A stretch of DNA of 64,000 nt from Candidatus Moraniibacteriota bacterium (GTDB lineage Bacteria > Patescibacteriota > Minisyncoccia > Moranbacterales > UBA1568): the NCBI GenBank assembly GCA_052034935.1, contig JBPOIB010000005.1, positions 16,357 to 80,356 on the forward strand, read 5' to 3'. A program made the position numbers and the translations under genes. The notes under the pieces are model-generated. The model ran no database searches. It was not told the origin of the DNA and worked only from the letters and a program-made list of their open reading frames with translations. Each line of letters opens with the position of its first letter. Within the stretch, counting starts at the first letter, position 1. Below are positions 62,975-64,000 of this stretch, piece by piece.

Positions 62975-62995
62975 TACCAGAACGAGAGAAACGGA

Positions 62996-64000
62996 ATGCC
63001 AACGGAAAGAATGCGGAAATTAAAAACGAGAAACGGCGTTGTCGAGACGCCGGTTTTCATGTCGATTGCGACCCGGGGCGCAGTGAAACATCTGACCGCT
63101 GAAGAACTAAAAATGCTCGGTGCGGAAATCGTCCTTGGTAATACATACCATTTGTGGCTGCGGCCCGGCGATGACCTGATCGCACGCGCTGGCAATCTTC
63201 ACCGATTCATGCGCTGGGACGGACCGATTCTGACCGACTCAGGAGGATTTCAGGTTTTCTCGCTGGGAGCCCGTGCGGCGGAGCGATTCGGGAAAAACGG
63301 TGTGAAACTGACCGAGGAAGGTGTCGAGTTTCAGGATCCGACGAATGGTGATACGCATTTCCTTTCACCAGAGAAATCAGTCGATATCCAACTCAATCTT
63401 GGGTCGGACATCATCATGGTTCTCGACGAGTGTCCGCCGTATCCGTGTACCGAAGACTATGCGCTTTCCTCACTCGAGCGCACCACTCGTTGGGCAGCTC
63501 GGGCCAAGAGACATCTCGAAAAACGGATCGTCGAACTCGGTCTTATGGAAAACAGACCACTTCTTTTCGGTATCGTCCAAGGATCGACGTATCCGCTCCT
63601 CCGCGAGCAGTCAGCACAGGAACTGGTGACAATCGGTTTTGATGGCTATGCGATTGGTGGCGTCGCAGTCGGGGAGCCGCGCGAGACTTTACCAGATATT
63701 CTCGCTGCAACCCTGCCCCATCTCCCGGTCGATAAACCGCGCTATCTCATGGGACTCGGCCGTCCGGAGGAAATCGTCATGGCTGTCCGAGCCGGGGTGG
63801 ACATGTTCGATTGCGTCATCCCGACGCGTGAAGGCCGTCATGGCCGGCTCTTCTATTGGACCGGGGAGGTACTTGATACATCCGGAAGCTTTTATACGGC
63901 CAAGAACCTGACGAGCGAGGAATTCCGTGAAGACTTCTCACCAATTGATCCCGAGAGTCCGATTCCGATGCTCCGGGAATACTCGAAGGCATATCTGCGT
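62996..64000 (+). CDS. tgt: queuine tRNA-ribosyltransferase (3' end beyond the window)
   Basis: Hand-translated, because the ORF runs off the window. VETPVFM, LTDSGGFQVFSL, IIMVLDEC, MFDCVIPTR. Confidence 0.85.
   Translation, partial: MPTERMRKLKTRNGVVETPVFMSIATRGAVKHLTAEELKMLGAEIVLGNTYHLWLRPGDDLIARAGNLHRFMRWDGPILTDSGGFQVFSLGARAAERFGKNGVKLTEEGVEFQDPTNGDTHFLSPEKSVDIQLNLGSDIIMVLDECPPYPCTEDYALSSLERTTRWAARAKRHLEKRIVELGLMENRPLLFGIVQGSTYPLLREQSAQELVTIGFDGYAIGGVAVGEPRETLPDILAATLPHLPVDKPRYLMGLGRPEEIVMAVRAGVDMFDCVIPTREGRHGRLFYWTGEVLDTSGSFYTAKNLTSEEFREDFSPIDPESPIPMLREYSKAYLR

Overview
64 kb of densely packed, mostly co-directional bacterial genes at roughly 55% GC. The gene content resembles an uncultivated lineage with a Gram-positive-like envelope (Patescibacteria/CPR-like or similar), but the window alone does not settle taxonomy. 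Housekeeping genes include tRNA-Asn, typA, infC-rpmI-rplT, smpB plus a tmRNA that I annotated by hand, argS, ileS, recO, a partial tgt, rsuA and a cyclophilin PPIase. Several accessory modules stand out. (1) A copper-homeostasis operon: csoR, DUF305, copA, an HMA::permease fusion and two cupredoxins, with a CsoR-type operator in the promoter spacer. (2) A GspE-like ATPase with no recognisable platform protein, next to an Ig-like membrane protein, a pilin-like protein and a SET-domain protein; a SWIB-domain gene and an ankyrin-repeat gene also sit in the window. (3) A six-gene surface-glycan operon of roughly 9 kb: GtrA, an FAD oxidoreductase, a GT2::GT-C fusion of about 950 aa, a cellulose-synthase-like processive GT2, an HlyD-like protein and a GH81-like beta-1,3-glucanase. 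(4) A thiol-redox set: CcdA, a Cys-rich DsbA next to a ferric-reductase-like haem membrane protein, and an unannotated small CxxC membrane protein. (5) An RND pump with its adaptor, a short PCP-motif P-type ATPase, a MacB/FtsX-type ABC system with an extended ATPase plus an ankyrin partner, and an alternative-oxidase-like di-iron protein. CDS coordinates come from the supplied ORF track. Hand-derived RNA and regulatory sites should be treated as approximate to about 2 nt. All functional assignments rest on motifs read from the translations and need HMM or BLAST confirmation.
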